Of a stretch of DNA of 42,709 nucleotides, positions 35,308 through 42,709 are shown one piece after another. Position 1 is the stretch's first letter. Each line of letters opens with the position of its first letter. The translations under genes were made by a program, and so were the position numbers. This DNA is from Eubacteriales bacterium. GTDB lineage: Bacteria > Bacillota > Clostridia > Oscillospirales > CAG-272. The DNA lies in the NCBI GenBank assembly GCA_045649165.1, contig JAZRPI010000122.1, forward strand, positions 1-42,709. Direction: 5' to 3'. The notes under the pieces are model-generated. The model saw nothing but the letters and a program-made list of their open reading frames with translations, ran no database searches and was not told where the DNA came from.

Positions 35308-36789
35308 ATGAGTTTTGAAATTAACGGTGAAACATGGCAGCCACAAGGTGCTAACAGTCATGCTGAAAGCATCATGGCGAAAATTAACCAAATTCTACAA
35401 GAAAATGATATCCGAGATAATAACGGAGAACTTATTCAATTAACACCAAACTATGCCAACGCATTGTATTTATTGGCATTGGGAGATGGGGAAAGACTTC
35501 AAACCCACGACCAAGAATTGTCACAGGCTATTAATAGCTTTAACATTGAATTATGCGATGATCAACAAATCGAAAACTTGTTACCAATTGCAGCCATTAG
35601 CAGAAATCCAGGAAGTTATTCAACACTAAGATTAGCAGTAACTTCTACACCTGATGGAACTTGTACAATTCCCGCAGGAACTACTATCACATACAATGAT
35701 GTGCAATTCGTTGTACAAAATGAAGTAATTCTAACACCTGGAACAACACAGATTATAACAACCGTATGTAATACAATAGGTCCTGTAGTTGTACTTACGG
35801 GAGAAATTAACGCATTTGACTCACCAATAGCAAATCTTGAAAGTGTTGAAAACTTTGAAAGTTCAATCCCAGGAGTAGCCCCAGAAACTACTAACCAATT
35901 AAGACAGCGCCTATTGAAAGGTGATGTAATCAAGTATTCGCTTGAAGGGTGCAAAAAAGCATTGGAAGAATTAACGGGGGTTACATACGCTAGAATTTAT
36001 TTTAATTACAACATAAATGAAACTATAACATTAGACGGTGGAGTGGTCCTGCAACCAAGAACTGCATACATTGTTATTTACGGTTCGTCAGACAAAATTG
36101 CAGATACATACGCAACATATATGAATATGCCTACCCAAAATTCACCTATTGCAACAGGAAGCCCTTCTATTGTTACTGTATCAGTTACAGCCACAACAAA
36201 TGGGAGTGCAGTTATTCCAATTGGAACTACTGCTACTTATGAAGGTTATACATTTGAAACACAAGAAGAATACACAATCCCTGCAGGTGGAAATGCTACA
36301 GTTCAATTAGTCTGTACAGAGACAGGACCAATTAATGTGCCTGTGGGTGGAATTACAGAATTCAATCAAACAATTACAAATCTATTGAAGGTTGAACAAT
36401 TTACAACAGCAATACCAGGATATGACAATCCTGCACAGTCGCAAGATTGGGTAACTTCATCAGGACAGATAATCCCAATTAAATATGATTTAGCAACGCA
36501 GAAAAATGTATTTATTAAAGTTGTTCTTGCAAAAGGAGCTGACTACTCACAGGAAACGCAAAATCAGTTAAAAAAAGATTTAATCAAAGCAAGTGCATCG
36601 TGGGAGCTAGGTTCAGAAGTTACATCTTTGTTAGCAGGTTCGTCAATCGTAAATGTAACTTACACAGAGGTGCTTTATTGCAAGGTGTCAGAAGATGGGG
36701 AAACTTGGAGTGATAATATTAATCTTGGGTGCAATGTTGTAGCCAGAGTATTAGATAGTACAATCAGTATCGTGCAGAGCGAGGCATAA
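35308..36789 (+). CDS. Baseplate J-like protein with an internally duplicated domain
   Basis: Two similar segments: TPDGTCTIPAGTTITYNDVQF...VCNTIGPV...INAF and TTNGSAVIPIGTTATYEGYTF...VCTETGPINV...ITEF. Confidence 0.6.
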   Translation: MSFEINGETWQPQGANSHAESIMAKINQILQENDIRDNNGELIQLTPNYANALYLLALGDGERLQTHDQELSQAINSFNIELCDDQQIENLLPIAAISRNPGSYSTLRLAVTSTPDGTCTIPAGTTITYNDVQFVVQNEVILTPGTTQIITTVCNTIGPVVVLTGEINAFDSPIANLESVENFESSIPGVAPETTNQLRQRLLKGDVIKYSLEGCKKALEELTGVTYARIYFNYNINETITLDGGVVLQPRTAYIVIYGSSDKIADTYATYMNMPTQNSPIATGSPSIVTVSVTATTNGSAVIPIGTTATYEGYTFETQEEYTIPAGGNATVQLVCTETGPINVPVGGITEFNQTITNLLKVEQFTTAIPGYDNPAQSQDWVTSSGQIIPIKYDLATQKNVFIKVVLAKGADYSQETQNQLKKDLIKASASWELGSEVTSLLAGSSIVNVTYTEVLYCKVSEDGETWSDNINLGCNVVARVLDSTISIVQSEA

Positions 36790-36791
36790 AA

Positions 36792-37367
36792 ATGATTAAA
36801 CAAAACAAAAACTACCCAAAACAAATGAATGGCCCCGTAATTTCTGCTTTTGGAAATGCTGTTGATTCAGAATTAAAAAAAGCACAATTTATTGAAGATT
36901 ATCTGTACGGGCTATCAATTAGAACCGCACAGGAAACTGAACTAGATAACATTGGACGAATTATCGGTTATTTGCGACCGCTAGTGCCGCAAGGCTTCAA
37001 CACAGAAAACCTTTTTATCTTTGGAAATCTGCCAATGATTCAAGAGCCAACAAATGGGTTCTCAACAATTAATTCTACAATTGGTGGAAAGTTGTCTAGT
37101 ATCTATTCTGGAGAAACAGGGTTCATGCCGAACGACTTATACAAGCAATTGTTGACACAAATTGCGTATCTTAAAAGGTACGGAATTACACTGTCTAGTG
37201 TGGATAAAATCTGCTCGGTAATTGATAAGAATTTCACAATAGAATGGGATGATAACCAAGATATTGTGGTAACTTTTAATACAAGTATTGGATATAAAAA
37301 CTTGTGGATTTTGACAAGAATTTTTTATTCTGTGGCAACATCTCCACAGGTATTAATTTATTCTTAA
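36792..37367 (+). CDS. Baseplate/tail protein (gpI/XkdU-like position)
   Basis: Called from position only. Confidence 0.4.
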   Translation: MIKQNKNYPKQMNGPVISAFGNAVDSELKKAQFIEDYLYGLSIRTAQETELDNIGRIIGYLRPLVPQGFNTENLFIFGNLPMIQEPTNGFSTINSTIGGKLSSIYSGETGFMPNDLYKQLLTQIAYLKRYGITLSSVDKICSVIDKNFTIEWDDNQDIVVTFNTSIGYKNLWILTRIFYSVATSPQVLIYS

Positions 37368-37381
37368 GGAGAGATAGGAAT

Positions 37382-38407
37382 ATGATACAAAATCAAATAT
37401 TCGAAGGATTCCCAATATTTGGGGATAATTCTTCTATGAGTCAACCAGAAGCTGCAATATACGCTAATGGGTTTGCGCCTGCTGATGTATTGCCAGCAGA
37501 ATATTATAATTGGCTTACATATAAAGCAAGTAAAGGAATAACAGACCTAAACAAAGGTGTTGTTTCAATGGAAGCCGAATTAAACAATGTTGTGTCTGCA
37601 GGAGGCCAAGAGCCAAGCGAAAATACAAACAATCAAATTATAACAGCAATTCGTTATTTGATTAATCAGGCAAAAGCAGAAGCTATACTAGCAGCACACC
37701 CTATAGGTTCTTTGTATTGGAGCAGTAAAGATATAAACCCAAGTACACTGTTCGGTGGAACATGGACCCCAATCAAAGACAAATTTGTTCTTGCAGCAGG
37801 TGATACCTACGCTAACGGTGCAACAGGTGGAGCTGCAACAGTAACATTAACAACACAGCAGATACCTAGCCACTCACATACAGGCCCAAACCATACTCAT
37901 ACAGGCCCAAACCATACCCACTCTTTTACACCAAGCGGAAGTGTTTCTGCTCACTCACACGGATTAAATAATCATACGCATAGTTTTACACCTAGTGGAA
38001 GTGTTACATCAACATTCAAAGGAACTGCCGCAAGTGGAAGTGTTAATGTAGAAACAGGTTATAATCCTTCTGCGTCGGGGGTTTTTTCAAGTACAGATTT
38101 ATCAAATAAAAATGTAGGAGATGACTCTGGATCATATCACGACCAATATACACTTAATTTTAATATGACACCTAGTGGAAGTGTTACATCAACATTCAAA
38201 GGAACATCAGGAACAACAGGCGGAAGCACTGCTAATACAGCCAATGCCACTCCTTCATTCACGGGAACAGCAGGAACAACGGGAGCAGCAGGAACAGGTA
38301 ACACAGGTGCAAGTGGAACAGGTGCAACGGGAACAGCAGGCGGAGGAACAGCACATAACAATATGCCACCTTATGTTGTTAAATACTGTTGGGAAAGAAC
38401 TGCATAA
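37382..38407 (+). CDS. Tail fibre with His-x-His repeats and a C-terminal collar-type motif
   Basis: SHSHTGPNHTHTGPNHTHSF...AHSHGLNNHTHSF. Gly/Thr-rich repeats. C-terminal AHNNMPPYVVKYCW. ATG at 37382 after AAGGAG. Confidence 0.75.
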   Translation: MIQNQIFEGFPIFGDNSSMSQPEAAIYANGFAPADVLPAEYYNWLTYKASKGITDLNKGVVSMEAELNNVVSAGGQEPSENTNNQIITAIRYLINQAKAEAILAAHPIGSLYWSSKDINPSTLFGGTWTPIKDKFVLAAGDTYANGATGGAATVTLTTQQIPSHSHTGPNHTHTGPNHTHSFTPSGSVSAHSHGLNNHTHSFTPSGSVTSTFKGTAASGSVNVETGYNPSASGVFSSTDLSNKNVGDDSGSYHDQYTLNFNMTPSGSVTSTFKGTSGTTGGSTANTANATPSFTGTAGTTGAAGTGNTGASGTGATGTAGGGTAHNNMPPYVVKYCWERTA

Positions 38408-38416
38408 ATGACTATA
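38406..38416 (+). promoter_or_regulatory. A-tract+GACTATA motif copy
   Basis: taaatGACTATATAAT after the fibre stop codon. ATG at 38433 with a GGAGG RBS. Confidence 0.4.
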
Positions 38417-38432
38417 TAATTGGAGGCAAAAT

Positions 38433-38702
38433 ATGATTGTTAAAATTAAAAGAGTTGACGGGGCAAATGAATTCTTTCAGACAGGTTCATTTGTTGTGAG
38501 TAAAGCAAAGGATATGCATCCTGCAATTTTGGAAGTTGAAGTAATGACAGACCAAGGGAATCGGCTTGAACGATGGGTTCGTCCTTTTCAGGCAATTTAC
38601 AAAAAATTCAAATACAAGCCTGTAGAAGTAACAAATGATGTAGAAGATGCAGAAAAAGCTTGTACAGAAATTGTATGCGAGGCTTCAAAAAAAGAAGAAT
38701 AG
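38433..38702 (+). CDS. Hypothetical protein (tail fibre chaperone position)
   Basis: 89 aa, directly after the fibre gene. Confidence 0.4.
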   Translation: MIVKIKRVDGANEFFQTGSFVVSKAKDMHPAILEVEVMTDQGNRLERWVRPFQAIYKKFKYKPVEVTNDVEDAEKACTEIVCEASKKEE

Positions 38703-38708
38703 ATTTAT

Positions 38709-38750
38709 AAAAGGTCTTGGAGAAATCTAAGGCCTTTTATTTTTTTATTG
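38709..38750 (+). terminator. Rho-independent terminator at the end of the late operon
   Basis: aaaaggtc / ggcctttt stem (one G-U pair) followed by atttttttt. Confidence 0.6.
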
Positions 38751-38815
38751 ACGATTGGAAAAAATCAATATTAATTTTTTTGTATGCTTTATACAAAAAA
38801 GGAGACACATATAAG

Positions 38816-39070
38816 ATGTGTACAAAATCGCCATCGGTGGCATATTACAACCAAAAAATAAGAACCACCAAAAAATCACAATTACTCATAGAATGGGCAG
38901 ACGCGCCACTCACCGAAAAAGAGAAAAGTTTTTTATTAGATGTATTAGAAAAACTTCCGTTGAAAGAATTATCTAGCAAATATTGTATGACAGACAGCGG
39001 AATATCGAAATACAAACGGCGAATTTTTGAAAAATTGCACCAATTTGATATGTTCCAGATACGAAAATAA
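38816..39070 (+). CDS. Small HTH regulator (LuxR/GerE or sigma region 4-like)
   Basis: LTEKEKSFLLDVLEKLPLKELSSKYCMTDSGISKYKRRIFEKL. ATG at 38816 after AAGGAG. Confidence 0.55.
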   Translation: MCTKSPSVAYYNQKIRTTKKSQLLIEWADAPLTEKEKSFLLDVLEKLPLKELSSKYCMTDSGISKYKRRIFEKLHQFDMFQIRK

Positions 39071-39090
39071 GAAAAAAATAAATAAAATAT

Positions 39091-39153
39091 TTCGTTAATT
39101 TCGTTAATTTCGTATTTTTCGTTTATTTCGTATTTTTTGTTTATTTCGTGGTT
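39091..39153. repeat. Seven tandem 9-bp repeats TTCGTWWWT
   Basis: TTCGT (once TTTGT) at 39091, 39100, 39109, 39118, 39127, 39136 and 39145. Confidence 0.9.
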
Positions 39154-39155
39154 CT

Positions 39156-39205
39156 GAAATGAAATGAAGAGAAATGAATAGAAATGAATAGAATAGAAAT
39201 GAATA
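39156..39205. repeat. Ten tandem pentamers GAAAT/GAATA (10-bp GAAATGAATA super-period)
   Basis: GAAAT GAAAT GAAGA GAAAT GAATA GAAAT GAATA GAATA GAAAT GAATA. Confidence 0.9.
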
Positions 39206-39208
39206 TTT

Positions 39209-39240
39209 AAAAAGGGGAATGAATCCCCTTTTTCTTTTTT
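39209..39240. terminator. Bidirectional terminator (A-run, stem, T-run)
   Basis: aaaaagggga-atgaa-tccccttttt. Lies immediately downstream of the transposase stop codon. Confidence 0.7.
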
Positions 39241-40504
39241 ATGCGCTGATTTCTTTGGCATACGAAAATAAATACCTGTAAATAATATTTTCAAGGACTG
39301 TAGAAATAGTTTCACCCAGCCCGTCCATAATGTAAGGGTCTAGGCATACAACAGGGAAATATTCACCGTCAATATTTGCCAAAAATCCACGCTCTGAAAT
39401 ACAAATGTCGAATTTTCTGTAACATAGATTTTTAACTTTTGTATCAATTGCAAACTTATACCCGTGGAAAGAAAATCCTCCAGCTTTGTCGGTGGTTCTT
39501 TGAATTCGGCATTGCAGAATATCGTCAAGATTAGAAGGACAGTCTAGCCAGAATGTATCATCATCGGCAGGTGTAACAGAATAGGAATTATTGAATTCAC
39601 AAATATATTTATTAAGAATCTGATTAGCTTTGTCGATACTATTAGCACCGTGTAATTTGAGCCACACAGGAAGCTGCCCTTGGATTGTTCGCCACATTCT
39701 CTCAACTCGTCCCTTTGCTTCGGGAGACCATGCCAGAATTTGTTTAATACAAAGTTCTGACAACATACGCTGCCATTGGGTGCGCTCTTCGTGTAGAACT
39801 TCCAATTGTTCCCATTTTGCTAATTTTTTATGGCCTTTTTTAGATTTTGGAGTTACGCAAAAAATCGCGGCACGGTCGCTGTAAATTTCTCTAGGGATAC
39901 CGTAATGCTGGGCTGTTTGGCGCAAGATTTCCATGTAGCCAAATAAACATTCGTTTTCAGTCATATACAGCCCTGTAATCTTTCCTGTTGCATCGTCGAT
40001 AGAACCGCAGAGACAATAGCGTTTCTCATCGCCAAATTTATAAAACCAAGCAAACGGAGTGCCGTCAATTTGAATTAAATCGCCTTCATTGGCTCGTCTT
40101 ATTCTTGGACGGTGGACTTGTTTCTTTTGCTTTTTGTGGTGAGCTTCGGGCGAAGTCTGGCCATATTCTGCAAGGATAGTGCGTAGTGTTGGATAACTGA
40201 TTTTTATATTTTTTTCAGATTCTAAATATTTTTGAAAATATGAAAAGTTGACATCGACAAAATCGGCAGCATAAGTAGCTGCGATTAATTGGCGAGTTGC
40301 AGAAGAAATCCTGTTGAGTGCAGGCTTACCCTTGCTTTTGTGTTCCAGACACAAAAGACCTTCTGCAAGATATCGTTTTTTTAATGCACACAAATATTCA
40401 GGTGTGTAGCCTGTACTTTCTGCTGCCTGTTTCAGCGTATACTTGCCTGTTGCAAGTCCCCGTAGATAGGCTGGTAACAGCCCTTTATTTTTGAATTTTC
40501 TCAT
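39239..40504 (-). CDS. DDE transposase/integrase with an rve-type catalytic core and N-terminal HTH
   Basis: LIQIDGTPF (D), IYSDRAAIF (D), SPEAKGRVERMWRTIQ (E). The N-terminus is HTH-like. ATG at 40504 chosen because the longer ORF merely translates the iterons. Confidence 0.85.
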   Translation of the reverse strand: MRKFKNKGLLPAYLRGLATGKYTLKQAAESTGYTPEYLCALKKRYLAEGLLCLEHKSKGKPALNRISSATRQLIAATYAADFVDVNFSYFQKYLESEKNIKISYPTLRTILAEYGQTSPEAHHKKQKKQVHRPRIRRANEGDLIQIDGTPFAWFYKFGDEKRYCLCGSIDDATGKITGLYMTENECLFGYMEILRQTAQHYGIPREIYSDRAAIFCVTPKSKKGHKKLAKWEQLEVLHEERTQWQRMLSELCIKQILAWSPEAKGRVERMWRTIQGQLPVWLKLHGANSIDKANQILNKYICEFNNSYSVTPADDDTFWLDCPSNLDDILQCRIQRTTDKAGGFSFHGYKFAIDTKVKNLCYRKFDICISERGFLANIDGEYFPVVCLDPYIMDGLGETISTVLENIIYRYLFSYAKEISA

Positions 40505-40543
40505 GTTTATAATATACGGAGCGGTTCTGTTAAAAACTTTAGT

Positions 40544-40665
40544 TTTTTTTTGCACAAAATTTGACAAAAATTGCCCTAAATTTGACAAAAACTGCCCTAA
40601 ATTTGACAAAAAATGCCCTAAATTTGACAAAAAATGCCCTAATTTTTTAGATTTATATTGACAGT
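40544..40665. repeat. Right copy of the flanking direct repeat; overlaps the region upstream of the transposase gene
   Basis: Identical to 1..122. Lies 40 bp upstream (minus-strand sense) of the transposase ATG at 40504. Confidence 0.95.
40557..40640. repeat. Second copy of the four 21-bp iterons
   Basis: Same array as 14..97, offset by 40543 bp. Confidence 0.95.
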
Positions 40666-40670
40666 AGTTT

Positions 40671-40706
40671 AAAAAACAAGGCCGTATTCAATAAAAATAC
40701 AGCCTT
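40671..40706 (-). terminator. Terminator of the host exporter gene
   Basis: Minus strand: aaggctgtatt...aatacggcctt hairpin followed by a U-run. Ends about 5 nt from the repeat boundary at 40665. Confidence 0.65.
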
Positions 40707-40722
40707 ATTCATTTTTTATTTA

Positions 40723-42709
40723 TTAGAATTCTGCACGAGTATAGAATGTTGTACTAACAAATCCAGTTGACAGCCCAATAAATATAGAAAGTCCCACCAA
40801 ATGCACAGGAACAAAGCTACTCAATGCCAATGCTCCAAATGAAACCGCTGTTGTAAAGAATGAAAGTATAATCGCATAAGATTCCAGATTTGCATATTCA
40901 GAATCTTCTTCACGGCGTTCGTTTTCAATCATGTAAATAACATAATCAAGCCCAAGCCCAAATGACAAAATCATTCCTGTTATAGAAAAGAATTCCAAAC
41001 TTATTCCGCAAGCAGCAAAAATTGCAGCAGTTACTAAAACAATTAGCAACGGAATAGATGTAATTTTTAATGTTTGCTTCCAAGTATAGAAGATTTTCAA
41101 AATAATGAATAAAACAACATAAACAACGATGAATAATTTCAAAATCATTTTTGTTAATTTATCCAAATCTTCATTCATTCCACGAAGTTTACTAACAAAG
41201 AAAACATCGCCTACTTCATCAGCAATTTTTACATAAGCATCGTAATCAGTTACAGAAACTGGTAAAACAACTGAGTAATATTTTCCGTCAATTTCACCAA
41301 TCCAAGCAGAAGAAACTAATTCAGTAATAAAATCAGGAACATTTTCTCCATAATAAATAAAATCTTCAGCAGATTTTTCAAAGTCTTTTTGCAATTTTGT
41401 AGCAAAAGAAGAATCAAATCCAAACGCATCATATTGAGCTTGTGCCAATGGCATTAATTTAGCTACAGCTTCTCTAGATTTTTTCTGATGCTCAACAGAT
41501 GGAACAAAACCAGATGTACTAATAAATCCACCTTTTGGTTTTCCTGCATTAAACGCTTTTAATTTTGCAGTAACTTGTTCTTCACGCTGCAAAGTATCTT
41601 GAACAGAATCACCACTTACAATAAACCAACCAGAAGGACTGTATTGCAAAACTTTAGATGCAATAATTTCATCTTGTAATTCTCGTCCTTCTTTTTCGTA
41701 AAGTTTTTCAACTTTGTTTTCAACTTTTACATTTTTATGGAAAATTAATAACATTCCAATTGAAACTATAAACAAACAAGTAACAACAATTCGTCCAACA
41801 AGTTTTTTGTTATACCAAGATGGAGTTTTAATAAATCTTGCTAAAGCAACTTTTCTTCCATGTTCAGGAATTGGAATGTAAGGATACAACGCAATAACTG
41901 TAAGGAATGTACTTAAAAGTCCAGACATTGTAAAAATTGCCATTTGTTTTAACAAATTAAACGGAGCAAACACAAGAATTAAATAACATAATTCAGTAGA
42001 AACCAATGAAAGAATCAATCCATTCATCAAATGCTTTCTTACATCTCTACCAGAAGATAAATCTTTATTTCCTTTCCAACTAACAAAATAATGCAAACTA
42101 TAATCAATACAAGAACCAATCAAACTAGTTCCAAATACTAATGTAAGAATGTGCATTTTTTTGAATACAAGAATTGTTGTACAAAATGCTACAACCGTAG
42201 AAAGTATAATTGAACCAACAGAGAACAATATTGGCTGTGGTCTTCTAAAAATGAACAATAAAACAGCCAAAACTGCAATCATAGAAATTGTCGAAATAAG
42301 TGTAATTTCTGAAGAAGCACTAGAGGAACTTTTATAACTGTGGAATGGAGTTCCTGAGTAAGTAAATTGAGTTCCATCTTTTTCAAGAGGATCACAAACT
42401 TCGTGAATCTGAATAATTGCGTTTGTTTTACTTGCTAATGCTGCCCCTTCTTTACTTAAAACACCACGAATCATTATGTACCAACGACCTTCTGTATATG
42501 AAGCTAAAACTCCATCTTTTACAGACATCTTAGTTCCAGAATCTTTAAGTGTTTCCAAATAATATTGAAGACAAGTATCTCCAATCATAAAAGGGTCATC
42601 TTCCAATGTTTCTAATGAAGTCATTGTAAATGCACTATAAGCTTTTGCCAAAGAATTCTGTGCAAAATTTTCTGGACCATTTGGTGAATTAAGTAATTCA
42701 ATAGTTTTA
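40723..42709 (-). CDS. MMPL/RND-superfamily membrane exporter (host gene, 5' end outside the window)
   Basis: Two blocks of multiple TM helices separated by a soluble loop. The reading frame stays open from 42651 to the window edge. Confidence 0.6.
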   Translation of the reverse strand, partial: KTIELLNSPNGPENFAQNSLAKAYSAFTMTSLETLEDDPFMIGDTCLQYYLETLKDSGTKMSVKDGVLASYTEGRWYIMIRGVLSKEGAALASKTNAIIQIHEVCDPLEKDGTQFTYSGTPFHSYKSSSSASSEITLISTISMIAVLAVLLFIFRRPQPILFSVGSIILSTVVAFCTTILVFKKMHILTLVFGTSLIGSCIDYSLHYFVSWKGNKDLSSGRDVRKHLMNGLILSLVSTELCYLILVFAPFNLLKQMAIFTMSGLLSTFLTVIALYPYIPIPEHGRKVALARFIKTPSWYNKKLVGRIVVTCLFIVSIGMLLIFHKNVKVENKVEKLYEKEGRELQDEIIASKVLQYSPSGWFIVSGDSVQDTLQREEQVTAKLKAFNAGKPKGGFISTSGFVPSVEHQKKSREAVAKLMPLAQAQYDAFGFDSSFATKLQKDFEKSAEDFIYYGENVPDFITELVSSAWIGEIDGKYYSVVLPVSVTDYDAYVKIADEVGDVFFVSKLRGMNEDLDKLTKMILKLFIVVYVVLFIILKIFYTWKQTLKITSIPLLIVLVTAAIFAACGISLEFFSITGMILSFGLGLDYVIYMIENERREEDSEYANLESYAIILSFFTTAVSFGALALSSFVPVHLVGLSIFIGLSTGFVSTTFYTRAEF

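Larger units (their letters stand above)
1..40665 (+). mobile_element. Integrated tailed phage (contractile-tail gene order) bounded by identical direct repeats; the true left limit may lie beyond the window edge
   Basis: Continuous + strand phage gene order (recombination, replication, methylases, terminase, portal, capsid, sheath/tube, tape measure, baseplate, fibre). Identical sequence at 1..122 and 40544..40665. A host-like exporter gene and its terminator start right after 40665. Confidence 0.8.

Noticed and set aside
38175-38411. Alternative-frame Gln/Glu-rich ORF, and the minus-strand Pro/Ala/Val-rich ORF 38137..38361, inside the tail fibre gene
   Set aside because: Both are by-products of the GGA/ACA-rich Gly/Thr repeat DNA and have no RBS. 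The fibre frame carries the recognisable motifs.
40505-40630. N-terminal extension of the transposase ORF (MSNLGHFLSNLGQFLSNLGQFLSNF...)
   Set aside because: The extension only translates the 21-bp iterons (LSNLGQF repeats). The conserved HTH starts after the internal ATG at 40504, so I call 39239..40504.
38700-40665. Inverted terminal repeats that would define a simple IS around the transposase
   Set aside because: I looked by eye for the reverse complement of the outer end (actgtcaatataaatc...) between 38700 and 39240 and elsewhere in the window, and did not see it. An alignment tool is needed for a definitive answer.
1-42709. Known accessory systems: DGR or retron reverse transcriptase, CRISPR-Cas, classical toxin-antitoxin pairs, stop-codon recoding
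   Set aside because: I recognised no reverse transcriptase, cas or standard TA motifs. ORFs are continuous under the standard genetic code, so recoding is not indicated despite the odd tRNA-like gene.

Overview
AT-rich window holding one integrated tailed phage of about 40.5 kb (1..40665), followed by a host gene for an MMPL/RND-type membrane exporter (40723..42709, minus strand, 5' end cut by the window). Almost all phage genes are on the + strand. In order they are: a structured RNA leader; a recombination module (Gp157-like, SSB, Erf); HNH nucleases and a two-ORF cytosine-5 methyltransferase; a replication module (DnaD-like initiator, DnaC-like loader); small early genes (ASCH, RecU-like resolvase); a Lys-rich repeat protein cluster; a ParB-N6/N4 methyltransferase; terminase; portal; MuF-like protein; an embedded lysis cassette; DUF2213-like protease, scaffold and capsid; a PBSX-like contractile tail and baseplate; and a His-x-His tail fibre. 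The right end carries a small HTH regulator and a DDE (rve-type) transposase on the minus strand. I saw no tyrosine or serine integrase, excisionase or CI-like repressor. The points most worth a second look are these. (1) Perfect direct repeats of at least 122 bp sit at both ends, each built from four 21-bp iterons. (2) A three-hairpin RNA with loop-loop complementarity ends in a strong terminator in front of the early genes. (3) An A-tract+GACTATA motif recurs in front of transcription units, four times exactly 5 nt from the ATG with no room for an SD, which suggests leaderless mRNAs and a -10-only promoter class. (4) A minus-strand tRNA-like gene has its own good promoter but an 8-nt anticodon loop. 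(5) A G11 tract sits at the junction of the split methyltransferase. (6) A GIY-YIG gene on the opposite strand and a secreted-protein gene are inserted in the tail module. (7) Unusual 9-bp and 5-bp repeat arrays lie beside the transposase. All family assignments come from motifs read by eye, and no database search was possible.
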